From assembly GCA_002737315.1 (NCBI GenBank), contig NSIH01000002.1, forward strand, positions 2,430 through 66,429: DNA of 64,000 nucleotides, in the 5' to 3' direction. The translations under genes and the position numbers were made by a program. The stretch is from Flavobacteriales bacterium (lineage in GTDB: Bacteria; Bacteroidota; Bacteroidia; Flavobacteriales; Schleiferiaceae). Of the stretch, positions 36,202 to 45,464 are shown piece by piece. The notes under the pieces are model-generated. The model ran no database searches. It was not told where the DNA came from and saw nothing but the letters and a program-made list of their open reading frames with translations. The number at the start of each line of letters is the position of its first letter. Within the stretch, counting starts at the first letter, position 1.

Positions 36202-36831
36202 ATGGCTGGTTGGCTTGGTAAATTTCTCTCATTACTCAGTGGCGCACCCCAATCGGGTGGCGAAGAGGTTTCGGACATTAAAACCAATAGCTTTCTAACC
36301 CGAGAAGACCCCGTTGACCTAGCCTTTGTAAGGCATTTTACCAAGTCTGGCGGCTTGTTTCTGTACTGCGGAAGCGCCAACGAGGTCATTGATAATTTGA
36401 AGGCAGTAGGGTCCGAGACCGGACAATTGCAGTTTTTTGTGCCCGAAGCAAGCCTTCACGCTTGGTTCAAGCAGGCCGAGCTCAGTGTGGTGCACGACAA
36501 CCCCCTCGAAGCCGACGCCATGGCTACCACCTGCCACGCTGCCTTGGCCCAAACCGGCGGGGTCATGATCACCGACGCCCAAACCCAGGGACTCAAATTT
36601 GCCCAACTCCCCTCGATTCACTTGGTTTTTGCCCGTGTTTCGCAGGTCTACAATAGCCTGTCTGACGGAATGTCGGCCATCAATAAGTTTCACCGAGAGC
36701 ACCGGCCCTTGAGCATTATCACGCTCAAAGGCAAACGTGACGAAGCCGTGCTGCAAGCCAAGGTCGACCCCAATAAGGGTCGGGAGCTCTACTTTTTCTT
36801 GGTTGAAGATCACTTGTTCAACGAACTATGA
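36202..36831 (+). CDS. LUD domain-containing protein (LutC/YkgG-like)
   Basis: 209 aa. The position after ftsH and the sequence pattern match the LUD family. The call rests on memory of the family, not on a defined motif. Confidence 0.55.
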   Translation: MAGWLGKFLSLLSGAPQSGGEEVSDIKTNSFLTREDPVDLAFVRHFTKSGGLFLYCGSANEVIDNLKAVGSETGQLQFFVPEASLHAWFKQAELSVVHDNPLEADAMATTCHAALAQTGGVMITDAQTQGLKFAQLPSIHLVFARVSQVYNSLSDGMSAINKFHREHRPLSIITLKGKRDEAVLQAKVDPNKGRELYFFLVEDHLFNEL

Positions 36832-37448
36832 TGCAGCGCAGCATCTGGGGCCTCCTATATGCCCTGGTTATCGCCTTCATTTGTACCGCATTCCCGTGGT
36901 CGCCTAGCCTTATTTTTTTACTGCTGCTCGGCGTTGCCCTTGAGGCCATGCGGCTGCCCGGACTAAGCCCTAGACTTCTGGCTGCAACCCTACTCTACAC
37001 CTTTGCCAGCGCACTGGCAACCGGCTGGCTCTGGGGCCATGAAGGCGGAGATTCCCTGCTCGCTGTTTTTGTCTTGATATGGCTCTCTGACTCGATGGCC
37101 TACGCCGGCGGAAGTCTGTTTGGCAAAACCCCAATGGCCCCGATTCTTTCTCCAAAAAAAACCTGGGAAGGCCTAATTACCGGGCTGATTTTTACCGTTG
37201 GAATTGGGCATGCCATTCTGTATTTTGCCTTGGATGTTTCCCTGAAACTCACCCTAATTATGACCGTAACTGTGGCCGTCACTGCGCCCATTGGCGACCT
37301 AATTGGGTCCTACCTCAAGCGCCAAGCTGGAGTTAAAGACTCCGGGGTCTTCCTGCCGGGGCATGGCGGATTTCTCGACCGCCTCGACAGCTTCCTCCTC
37401 TCGAGTACCGTTCTAGTACTGCTGCTCATAGCCATGCAAACCTTTTAA
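36828..37448 (+). CDS. cdsA: phosphatidate cytidylyltransferase (short form)
   Basis: 206 aa membrane protein with the CTP-transferase signature SPKKTWEG ... GHGGFLDRLDS. ATGA overlap with the upstream gene. Confidence 0.85.
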   Translation: MMQRSIWGLLYALVIAFICTAFPWSPSLIFLLLLGVALEAMRLPGLSPRLLAATLLYTFASALATGWLWGHEGGDSLLAVFVLIWLSDSMAYAGGSLFGKTPMAPILSPKKTWEGLITGLIFTVGIGHAILYFALDVSLKLTLIMTVTVAVTAPIGDLIGSYLKRQAGVKDSGVFLPGHGGFLDRLDSFLLSSTVLVLLLIAMQTF

Positions 37449-37458
37449 TCCCATCGAT

Positions 37459-38118
37459 ATGCTTCACCGCGAAGGAAACAAAACCATTTTTATTAGCCTG
37501 CTCATCTTGGCCCTTCCCTACATCCTGCTCACCCAGCTCGAAGCTCCCCACTGGGCCGTCACCGCATACCTCGTTGCAGGACTGGTGCTGCTGGGTTTGG
37601 TGCTTCAATTCTTCAGAAATCCGACCCGCCGTACCGTCGCCGAGTTGGGAGACGTAATCGCTCCAGCCGACGGAACCGTAGTGGTCATTGAAGACGTCGA
37701 GGAGCCCGAGTACTTCAAGGGAAAGCGCAAGCAAATAAGCATTTTTATGTCGCCCCTGAACGTGCACGTCAACCGAGCACCGGTGAGCGGACGCACCGTT
37801 TTTACCAAGTACCACAAAGGCAAGTACTTGGTAGCATGGCACCCCAAGTCAAGTACAGAAAACGAGCGCAGCACCCTGGTTTTTGAAACCCCCAGCCATG
37901 GCGAAGTTCTGATTCGGCAGATTGCCGGCGCAGTGGCCCGACGCATAGCGGTCTATGTCAAGCCCGGCCAACCCGTCTTGGTCGGCGAAGACGTCGGATT
38001 TATTCGATTTGGCTCGCGTGTGGATGTCTTCTTGCCTTGCGACGCCGAGGTTTTATGCTCCATCGGCGACAAACCCCGTGGCGGCGAATCGGTAATTGCC
38101 CGACTAAAGGCCCACTAG
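37459..38118 (+). CDS. psd: phosphatidylserine decarboxylase proenzyme
   Basis: 219 aa, the short Psd type with a FGSRVD self-cleavage region near the C-terminus. Confidence 0.85.
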   Translation: MLHREGNKTIFISLLILALPYILLTQLEAPHWAVTAYLVAGLVLLGLVLQFFRNPTRRTVAELGDVIAPADGTVVVIEDVEEPEYFKGKRKQISIFMSPLNVHVNRAPVSGRTVFTKYHKGKYLVAWHPKSSTENERSTLVFETPSHGEVLIRQIAGAVARRIAVYVKPGQPVLVGEDVGFIRFGSRVDVFLPCDAEVLCSIGDKPRGGESVIARLKAH

Positions 38119-38795
38119 TTGCGCGGAACCAGGCGCAAGGCCAGTTCAAACAACTCGTCGGGTGAAACCGAAGAATTATCGAGTACCACGGCGTCTTGGG
38201 CTTGCAGCAACGGGCTGTCGAGGCGCTCACGATCCTCCTGATCGCGCTGAAGCAAGTTTGCCTTCACTTCCTCTAAGCTTACGGCACCCGGATTTGCCGA
38301 TTCCATTTCGGCAAAACGCCTGGTGGCGCGAACGTCTGCGTCTGCAGTTACAAAAAGCTTAAGTTCCGCGTCCGGAAAAACAACGGTTCCAATGTCGCGC
38401 CCGTCCATGACCAGGCTTTGGCTGTGGCCCATGGCTTGCTGCTGGGCAACCAGGCGGCGGCGAACCGGAACCAGCGACGATACGGAGCTTACTACTCGGC
38501 TCACCTCCATGGTTCGAATGGCCTCTTCAACATCTTCGCCATTGAGAATAGCACGGTTCCGGCCACGGGCATCGCGGGCAAAGGCTAGATTGACCTGATC
38601 CAGGGAGGCATTGATGGCCCTGGCATTAATTGCGTCGGGCGCTGCCCAACCCTGCCGAATGGCATAAAGTGCCACCATGCGGTACATGGCTCCGGTATCG
38701 ATGTAGAGAAATCCGAGGGAAGATGCAAGGCGCTTGGCGAGCGTGGACTTACCCGTAGATGCATAGCCGTCCACGGCGATTCGAATGAGCATCAT
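38115..38795 (-). CDS. cmk: (d)CMP kinase
   Basis: The internal ATG at 38795 gives MMLIRIAVDGYASTGKSTLAKRLA (P-loop). ATGA overlap with the porQ stop. Confidence 0.85.
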   Translation of the reverse strand: MMLIRIAVDGYASTGKSTLAKRLASSLGFLYIDTGAMYRMVALYAIRQGWAAPDAINARAINASLDQVNLAFARDARGRNRAILNGEDVEEAIRTMEVSRVVSSVSSLVPVRRRLVAQQQAMGHSQSLVMDGRDIGTVVFPDAELKLFVTADADVRATRRFAEMESANPGAVSLEEVKANLLQRDQEDRERLDSPLLQAQDAVVLDNSSVSPDELFELALRLVPRN

Positions 38796-39799
38796 AGGTT
38801 GCGACTGAAGGAAAATTGGGTAAAACGTCCGGCCACGTGGTACACGCTTTGCGACCACTGGAACTGGCTTTTGCCTGCCTTTAAACCAAAGCCAAAACTT
38901 AGCCCTGCATTGGTTCGGCGCGTAGGCAGCTGCATCTCGAGTTGGCGCCTAAAGTCGTAGCCTACCTGAGCGCGCAGGCGACCGCCGAACTCTGCCTCCA
39001 CGGCAGCAGAAAGGTGGCGCAGGGTAAGGTTGGCAAAAGACGGGGGCGTGTAGTTAATTTGGCCCGTCAAGGGGTCGCGGACTTCCCGCAGAGGGTCATA
39101 GCCGGCCAAGTCCCAGCGCTGCAGGTCGCGCATGGCCAGATGCAGACGAAAAGGAGCATAGCGAAACTTGCGGCTGAACGCGGCGTGCAGGGCCGTAGGA
39201 AGGCTCTCATGCGTCGACCCAAGCGGATCAAGACTAAAGCCTGCATGCTGCAAAACCAAGGCGGCCTGCAGTCGTCCGCTATCAGCTACGTAGGTGGCTC
39301 CCAAGTCGGTACTCAGGGCTTGAGCCACAAAACTGGAAGCCGTTTGAAGCGTCCAACGGGCAGTAGCACCCAATAAAATTTGGTTTCCGCCCTTGACCTG
39401 TAGTCTCCTGGCAAGGGTGAGGCGAGGCCTTGACTCCTGAAAACGAAACTCACCTAGGACCGCGCCGACCTCATTGGTTTCGGGCAAAAGTCCGGTATTG
39501 AGGTAGTCCACTCCCAAGGCATAAAACCATCCGGAACGCTGCGAACCAAAACTCATATGCCCCAAACGGAGTCCGCTAGGGAGCAATCCCGTGCTTAAGA
39601 CCAGCTGCCGCCCCATAGAACCGGCCGCCAGAGAAGGATTGAAGGTAGAAGAGGCTGCGTCAGCGGGATGAGCCCAGGCCGCGCCAGCCAGTGCGGACCA
39701 GCGTGCAGAACCCGCCGTATTTATCGTAGACCATGAATGCGTTTGGGCTGCGCCAAGGATCGGCAGGCCGAGCAAAAACAGAGCAAGTCGCATTCCCAC
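38792..39799 (-). CDS. porQ: type IX secretion system protein PorQ
   Basis: About 333 aa with a signal peptide and an outer-membrane beta-barrel-like sequence ending in F/L-rich strands. The PorQ-like N-terminus and the adjacency to cmk match what is seen in other Bacteroidota. The start is the GTG at 39799 or the ATG at 39793. Confidence 0.7.
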   Translation of the reverse strand: MGMRLALFLLGLPILGAAQTHSWSTINTAGSARWSALAGAAWAHPADAASSTFNPSLAAGSMGRQLVLSTGLLPSGLRLGHMSFGSQRSGWFYALGVDYLNTGLLPETNEVGAVLGEFRFQESRPRLTLARRLQVKGGNQILLGATARWTLQTASSFVAQALSTDLGATYVADSGRLQAALVLQHAGFSLDPLGSTHESLPTALHAAFSRKFRYAPFRLHLAMRDLQRWDLAGYDPLREVRDPLTGQINYTPPSFANLTLRHLSAAVEAEFGGRLRAQVGYDFRRQLEMQLPTRRTNAGLSFGFGLKAGKSQFQWSQSVYHVAGRFTQFSFSRNL

Positions 39800-39808
39800 G
39801 AGGCCAAG

Positions 39809-42313
39809 TTACAATTTGCCCTGGCTTCCCGCCGATGCAAGCAGCGAAGCCTCCGCGGCTATGGCGGGCGTGGCAGGCTTGCGAATGCTCAGGACCTTTG
39901 CATTCTTCACCTTCTTGTCGGTGACGGAGTAGCCCAGTACCTCCCGCATGGTACGCACGTAGCGCACCTCGAGGCCCTTGAGGTATCCCGCGGGGATCTC
40001 GTTCACGTCGCGTTCGTTGTCGGCGCACATTAGCACCGTTTTGATGCCCGCGCGCTTGGCTGCAAGCAGTTTCTCGCGGATTCCGCCCACAGGGAGCACC
40101 TTGCCGCGAAGCGTGATTTCACCGCTAAGGGCCAATGCACTGCGAACTTTGCGCTGGGTAAAGAGCGACGTCAGGGCGGTCAGCAAGGCAATTCCAGCCG
40201 AGGGACCGTCCTTGGGCACGGCACCTTCTGGCACGTGGAGGTGCACGTCGTACTGGCTAAAATGCTCCGGCTCCAAACCAAATTCGGCGGCGTTTGCCTT
40301 TAAGAAGGTCATGGCGAGGGTGGCCGACTCCTTCATGACATCGCCGAGGTTCCCGGTAATACTGAGGCGACCGGTCCCTGGAGAAATCGTGGATTCTAGG
40401 TACAAAATTTCTCCGCCCACGGGGGTCCATGCTAGGCCGGTAGCAACGCCCGCAACACCCTCGTCGGCATAATCGTCCTTGCGAAAGCGTGCCACCCCCA
40501 TGATCTTGGTAAGGTCTGCCACCGTGGGCTTACTCGGGAAGTCCTTGCCTTCGGCCTTTGCCAGCGCAGCCCTGCGAATAAGTTTGGCGATGCGCTGGTC
40601 CAGCCTTCGCACGCCGGATTCCCGCGTGTAGCCTTCAATCAAAGCAGCGGCCGTAGTGCGTTCGAGCTTGAGTGCCTTGGGCTCCAGGCCATGCTCGCGC
40701 AGCTGCTTGGGCATCAAGTGGTTTTGGGCAATTTTGACCTTTTCTTCGCGGGTGTAGCCCGTGACCTCAATGAGCTCCATTCGGTCGCGCAGGGCAGGCT
40801 GAATTCCGCCCAGGTTATTGGCTGTTGCAATAAAAAGAACCTTCGAAAGGTCGTAGCCCATCTCGAGAAAATGGTCGTGAAAACTGTGGTTTTGTTCGGG
40901 GTCAAGAACCTCGAGCAGTGCGCTCGACGGATCTCCCTGCGAACCCATGCCCAGCTTGTCGATTTCGTCAAGAACCAGCACCGGGTTGGAGGCCCCCGCC
41001 TTCTTGATCTGCTGCAGGATGCGGCCCGGCATGGCTCCAATGTAGGTCTTGCGGTGCCCGCGAATCTCTGCCTCGTCGCGCATCCCTCCAAGCGACATGC
41101 GCACATAGGGACGCCCAAGTGCTTCGGCCACGGAGCGGCCCAGGGAGGTCTTACCTACCCCCGGAGGTCCGTGCAGGCAAAGAATCGGGCTTTTAAGGTC
41201 GCCCTTGAGCGCCAGTACGGCAAGGTGCTCTAGAATGCGCTCCTTGACCTTCTCCAAGCCAAAATGATCCCTGTCGAGAATGCGTCGGGCCTTCTTGAGG
41301 TCGTGACGGTCCTTGACCACATGGCTCCAGGGGAGGTCGAGCATGAGCTCTAGGTAGTTGCGCTGAATTCCAAAATCGGGCACCTGCGGATTCATCCGCT
41401 GCAGGCGCGCAAGCTCCTTTTCAAAGTGCTGGGCCGCCTCCGCGGGCCAATTTTTGTCAGAAGATCGCTGCCTAAAAACCTCAAATTCAGCCTCAAAGCT
41501 GTTGCCCCCGAGCTCCTCTTGAATGGTGCGCATCTGCTGCTGCAAAAAATACTCGCGCTGCTGGCTGTCAAACTCCGTGCGAACCTTGTTGACAATGTCG
41601 TTTTTAACCTCGAGCAAATGCTTCTCTTGACTAATGTGCTTGAGCACCTGCTGGGCCCGGCGCTTGAGGTCGTCTTCTTCGAGGAGCAGCTGCTTTTCGT
41701 CAACCTGAAGGTTGGTATTGCTGGCAATAAAATGCAGCAAAAAAGTATCGGACTCAATATTCTTTACCGCGACCTGCGCCTCGGTTGGAATGTTGGGACT
41801 CTCCTGAATAATTTCTAGGGAAAGCTCGCGAATCGTAGACATTAGGGCCTTAAACTCGGTGTCGTCGCCTGCGGGGACCGCCTCGTCCAAATACTCCACT
41901 CGGGCGCGGTGGTAGGGCTCGTCTCCGAGAATTTCAAGAATTCTAAAGCGTCGCTTGCCCTGCAAAATGGCCGTAATGTTGCCGTCGGGCATTCGGAAGG
42001 ACTTGACCATGTGCACGAGGGTTCCAACCTTGTAGAGGTCCTCTGCTGTGGGCGTTTCGGTGTCAGCATTGCGCTGCGAAACCACCCCAAAAAGCTTGGT
42101 GCCCTTCTGTGCCTCCTGCAAAAGAAGAATGGACTTATCGCGTCCGGCCGTGATGGGACTAACCACTCCGGGGAACTGAACCGTGTTGCGAAGCGGCAGC
42201 AGCGCAAGTTCTAAGGCAAGGTCCGCCTCGGGAACTGAGTTGTCTTCTTCGTTGGTGATTAGCGGTATTTGGTCCGTATCCTCAGACAGGAGCGAAAAAC
42301 GTGTGAATTCCAT
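39809..42313 (-). CDS. lon: endopeptidase La (Lon protease)
   Basis: 834 aa from the ATG at 42313 (MEFTRFSLLSED). Walker A GPPGVGKTSLGRSVA and the catalytic serine context PKDGPSAGIALLTAL. Confidence 0.95.
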   Translation of the reverse strand: MEFTRFSLLSEDTDQIPLITNEEDNSVPEADLALELALLPLRNTVQFPGVVSPITAGRDKSILLLQEAQKGTKLFGVVSQRNADTETPTAEDLYKVGTLVHMVKSFRMPDGNITAILQGKRRFRILEILGDEPYHRARVEYLDEAVPAGDDTEFKALMSTIRELSLEIIQESPNIPTEAQVAVKNIESDTFLLHFIASNTNLQVDEKQLLLEEDDLKRRAQQVLKHISQEKHLLEVKNDIVNKVRTEFDSQQREYFLQQQMRTIQEELGGNSFEAEFEVFRQRSSDKNWPAEAAQHFEKELARLQRMNPQVPDFGIQRNYLELMLDLPWSHVVKDRHDLKKARRILDRDHFGLEKVKERILEHLAVLALKGDLKSPILCLHGPPGVGKTSLGRSVAEALGRPYVRMSLGGMRDEAEIRGHRKTYIGAMPGRILQQIKKAGASNPVLVLDEIDKLGMGSQGDPSSALLEVLDPEQNHSFHDHFLEMGYDLSKVLFIATANNLGGIQPALRDRMELIEVTGYTREEKVKIAQNHLMPKQLREHGLEPKALKLERTTAAALIEGYTRESGVRRLDQRIAKLIRRAALAKAEGKDFPSKPTVADLTKIMGVARFRKDDYADEGVAGVATGLAWTPVGGEILYLESTISPGTGRLSITGNLGDVMKESATLAMTFLKANAAEFGLEPEHFSQYDVHLHVPEGAVPKDGPSAGIALLTALTSLFTQRKVRSALALSGEITLRGKVLPVGGIREKLLAAKRAGIKTVLMCADNERDVNEIPAGYLKGLEVRYVRTMREVLGYSVTDKKVKNAKVLSIRKPATPAIAAEASLLASAGSQGKL

Positions 42314-42320
42314 AGGCCGG

Positions 42321-43496
42321 TTACTGGGCAATGGTTGTGCCAGTCCGCAAGGAAGCCGTTTGCGCAAAAATTTCAGACAAAATGTCGGTAGTCGTTTGAT
42401 CCAGGCTGCGCCCGCGACGCTCAAAAACACGCTCTATCGTGGCGAGAACCCTGTCAATCCGGTACTCGGTAAAACCCTGAGGTCCGCCCCAAGAGAAGTC
42501 CGCAATAAAGTTGCGTGCGAAGCCAGCGCCAAAAACGTTGCAGGCAACGCCTACCACGGTACCGGTGTTGAACATCGTATTGATGCCGGCCTTGCTGTGG
42601 TCGCCCATCACTAAGCCGCAAAACTGCAGTCCGGTTAGTTCAAAACGACCGCTAGAATAGCTCCATAGCTTGACCTCGCTGTAGTCATTTTTTAGGTTGG
42701 AATTGTTAGTGTCGGCACCGAGGTTACACCACTCACCGAGCACGGCATTACCCAAAAAGCCGTCGTGCCCCTTGTTGCTGTTGCCCCAGAATAGGCAATT
42801 GTTGACCTCGCCGCCCACCCTACTGCCCGGACCAACCGTCGTGGCGCCATAGATTTTGGATCCCATCTTGAGCTGAGAGCCCTCGCAAAGGGCCAGAGCT
42901 CCTCGCACCAGGCTGCCCTCCATGATTTCGCTGCCGGCACCCAGGTAAATGGCTCCGCCGCGGCTGTTGAGCACGCTGGCTTCGACCATGGCGCCTGGTT
43001 CCGCAAAAATGCGATCCCCAATGAGGGTATTGGTCTGGCTCAAGGGAGCCGAAGTTCTCCCCGCAGTGAGGAGGTCAAAGTCGGCCTCTATCGCTTCTGC
43101 GTTGAGCGAAAACAAATCAAAAGGCCTGCGGACCATGGGCACTTTAGCCTTGAATACAACTGCTTCATTGGCGTCGTCCCCGAGGCTGGCAAGCCATTCT
43201 CCCTGTGCATCCACCAGCTTTTGGCCCGGCCGCAGAGCCTGCACCGCGTCGACCAGTTCTTGGCTTGCTAGGGCTGCTGCACGCAGATGGCATCGCTGCT
43301 CCGCGGGGGGCTGAATTAGGTTGAAGAGTCCGCCTAAGTAGGGAGCGGAGCGGTAGGAAAAGCTTGACTTGGGAAGCCTAAGCAGCCATTTCTCGCGAAG
43401 CGTAAGAATACCCAAGCGCAGGTCTGCAACCGGACGAGTCCAGGTGAGGGGCTTGAGCGTATCGCGCTCTTCGCCATCGTGGAAGATGTAATGCAT
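42321..43496 (-). CDS. GlmU-family / putative sugar nucleotidyltransferase with a left-handed beta-helix
   Basis: About 391 aa. The N-terminus LKPLTWTRPVADLRLGILTLREKW and the C-terminal hexapeptide-repeat region match this family. ATG at 43496 (the ORF track starts at the GTG at 43502). Confidence 0.65.
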   Translation of the reverse strand: MHYIFHDGEERDTLKPLTWTRPVADLRLGILTLREKWLLRLPKSSFSYRSAPYLGGLFNLIQPPAEQRCHLRAAALASQELVDAVQALRPGQKLVDAQGEWLASLGDDANEAVVFKAKVPMVRRPFDLFSLNAEAIEADFDLLTAGRTSAPLSQTNTLIGDRIFAEPGAMVEASVLNSRGGAIYLGAGSEIMEGSLVRGALALCEGSQLKMGSKIYGATTVGPGSRVGGEVNNCLFWGNSNKGHDGFLGNAVLGEWCNLGADTNNSNLKNDYSEVKLWSYSSGRFELTGLQFCGLVMGDHSKAGINTMFNTGTVVGVACNVFGAGFARNFIADFSWGGPQGFTEYRIDRVLATIERVFERRGRSLDQTTTDILSEIFAQTASLRTGTTIAQ

Positions 43497-43514
43497 CTCC
43501 ACTAAGTTAAAGGC

Positions 43515-43766
43515 TTACTTCGTGAATTTCGCGTAGCGGTTGCGGAACTTGTCCACACGGCCTGCGGTATCAAGCAGCTTATGCTTGCCGGTGTAAAAGG
43601 GGTGCGAGTAGCTCGACACTTCCATCTTTACCAAAGGGTAGGCAACGCCATCTACCTCAAAGGTGTCTTTGGCGTTGGCGCAGCTGCGAATTAGGGTAAC
43701 GTCTCCGGTGCCCATGTCTTTAAAGGCACAGACGCGGTAGTTGCTGGGGTGTAGGTTTTCTTTCAT
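43515..43766 (-). CDS. rpmE2: 50S ribosomal protein L31 type B
   Basis: 83 aa starting MKENLHPSNY and ending HPFYTGKHKLLDTAGRVDKFRNRYAKF. It lacks a CxxC zinc ribbon. Confidence 0.9.
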   Translation of the reverse strand: MKENLHPSNYRVCAFKDMGTGDVTLIRSCANAKDTFEVDGVAYPLVKMEVSSYSHPFYTGKHKLLDTAGRVDKFRNRYAKFTK

Positions 43767-43780
43767 CGCTTTGTTGTTTT

Positions 43781-43802
43781 GGATCGAGATTTGGCCCGAT
43801 CC
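43781..43802 (-). other. hairpin in the predicted rpmE2 5' leader
   Basis: GGATCG (43781-43786) pairs with CGATCC (43797-43802) around a 10-nt loop. The hairpin lies between the candidate -7 box and the A-rich stretch before the ATG. Confidence 0.3.
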
Positions 43803-43819
43803 CCATTTTTTGCGGAGGG

Positions 43820-43827
43820 CAAATGTA
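43820..43827 (-). promoter_or_regulatory. -7 promoter box TACATTTG for rpmE2
   Basis: Exact TAnnTTTG on the minus strand, about 54 nt upstream of the rpmE2 ATG (43766). Confidence 0.35.
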
Positions 43828-43947
43828 CAAAATAGTTTGTTTTATAGGCTATATTCCTTCCGAAAACAAGCGTTTGAGTTTGACCTAACCGAGAAGGGCA
43901 AAGCCTCACCGAACTTTGCAGCTCCCAGCCATAAACTCCGAGCGCTT

Positions 43948-45435
43948 TTGAAACCCCTTAAGAACCTACTAAGCCTGGCAATACTCCTGGTCTTTGCGCT
44001 GGCTGCCTGCCGGCCAGAGTACCGCTTTGCACCAGAGCCCGTAGGCCTGGTCCGCAGCCAAGACACGGTCTTTCTCGACACCGTTTTTGCCACCGTGGGC
44101 AGCTCGACCCGCAGCATTAGGCTGGTCAACCCGAGCAGCTACGACGTCAACCTAAGCCGCATTAGCCTTGGCAGGGGTAGCGAATCCCCGTTCCGCTTCA
44201 ATGCCAACGGCCAGCCGGGCCCCGAACTCGAGAATGTAGTGGTTGCCGCAGGCGACAGCATCTGGATTTTTGTGGAGACAACAACCCCACGTGGCGACGG
44301 AGAAATGCTTTGGGAGGACTCTCTCCGCATCGAGCAGGGAAGTTTTTCACAAAACGTCTACCTCGTGGCTTTGGCCTGGGACGCGCACTTTCACTACCCC
44401 AATCGAGTCCTTACTATAAGGCAGGAGCCACCCTTTGCAGACCTTCTAATTCCCTATGTAATGCTGGGGCCCAACGAAGTATGGGGTTCCGACAAGCCCC
44501 ACGTGGTCTATGGCTACGCCGTGGTCGACAGCGCGGCAACCCTTGACATTAGCGCCGGGGCCCGCCTGCACTTTCACAGCGGTTCTGGCCTGTGGATTTC
44601 TTCGGGCGGAACCCTTCGGGTCGACGCAGCCAATACCGGAAGCTATGAAAACCCTGTGCTGCTTCAAGGAGACCGGCTCGAACCCTTCTACCGCGACATC
44701 CCTGGGCAATGGGGCGGACTTTTAGGCGGAATCTTCATACAGCGCGGGGCCCGAGCCGAAATTCAAAACGCATGGATACGCAACGGAACCCTAGGCATCC
44801 GCTGCGACAGCGTGGCCGAGGGCGAACCCTTTAACTTAATACTCAGGCGAAGCCGAGTGACCGACTTTAGTCGTGCCGCCGTCTATAGCGGTCATGGAAG
44901 AGTCCGCCTTGAGAACAGCGTGCTGGCCAACTCAGGGCTCTACCAGGTTTATGCCCTGGGCGGACGATTGGAGGCCGACCACTGCACCTTCGCCAATAAT
45001 TTCCCTGGCGCTCGATCGACCCCCTCCGTCGGGCTTTTTAACCGATACGACGACGGGACGGGGACCTTTCGATACCGCGGTTTGCTGCAGGCCGACTTTC
45101 GCAACTGCATTGTAGACGGGGGGCAGGAATCCGAGATTGGCTTTGGCCACGGGAGCCAAGCAGCATTTAACTACCGATTCGAAGGGTCGCTCCTCAAGCT
45201 CGACCGCTTCCCGAGCACTGCGGCCTACGACGTGAACGACCCGGCGCGCTTTGGCGGATGCATCTTCAACAGCCCAGCCCTATTTGAATCCGCATCAGAA
45301 TACGACTACCGACTTAAGCTGGGTTCTGCGGCGCTGGGCATTGGCTGGCCCGAGGCGACCGGCGTGGTTCCAATCGACGCCCTTGGGCAAGTCCGCCCCA
45401 TTCCTGCGGACGCAGGCGCCATTGAAACGCTATAA
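43948..45435 (+). CDS. lipoprotein of unknown function (parallel beta-helix-like repeats)
   Basis: The in-frame TTG at 43948 gives MKPLKNLLSLAILLVFALAAC, a lipobox-type signal. Repeated hydrophobic and G/N-rich segments suggest a beta-helix. The ORF upstream of 43948 overlaps rpmE2 and looks non-coding. Confidence 0.6.
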   Translation: MKPLKNLLSLAILLVFALAACRPEYRFAPEPVGLVRSQDTVFLDTVFATVGSSTRSIRLVNPSSYDVNLSRISLGRGSESPFRFNANGQPGPELENVVVAAGDSIWIFVETTTPRGDGEMLWEDSLRIEQGSFSQNVYLVALAWDAHFHYPNRVLTIRQEPPFADLLIPYVMLGPNEVWGSDKPHVVYGYAVVDSAATLDISAGARLHFHSGSGLWISSGGTLRVDAANTGSYENPVLLQGDRLEPFYRDIPGQWGGLLGGIFIQRGARAEIQNAWIRNGTLGIRCDSVAEGEPFNLILRRSRVTDFSRAAVYSGHGRVRLENSVLANSGLYQVYALGGRLEADHCTFANNFPGARSTPSVGLFNRYDDGTGTFRYRGLLQADFRNCIVDGGQESEIGFGHGSQAAFNYRFEGSLLKLDRFPSTAAYDVNDPARFGGCIFNSPALFESASEYDYRLKLGSAALGIGWPEATGVVPIDALGQVRPIPADAGAIETL

Positions 45436-45464
45436 GCAGTTCATTCTAGGCGGACCTATTGATT

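Noticed and set aside
38113-38118. The psd and cmk stop codons interlock in the palindrome ACTAGT; considered as a degenerate fourth copy of the heptamer element
   Set aside because: Only 6-7 nt are shared with the element, which is too short to distinguish from chance.
43781-43812. Hairpin followed by a T-run (CCATTTTTTG) on the plus strand, resembling an intrinsic terminator
   Set aside because: No plus-strand gene ends upstream of it, because rpmE2 is on the minus strand and starts here. I reinterpreted it as part of the rpmE2 5' leader.
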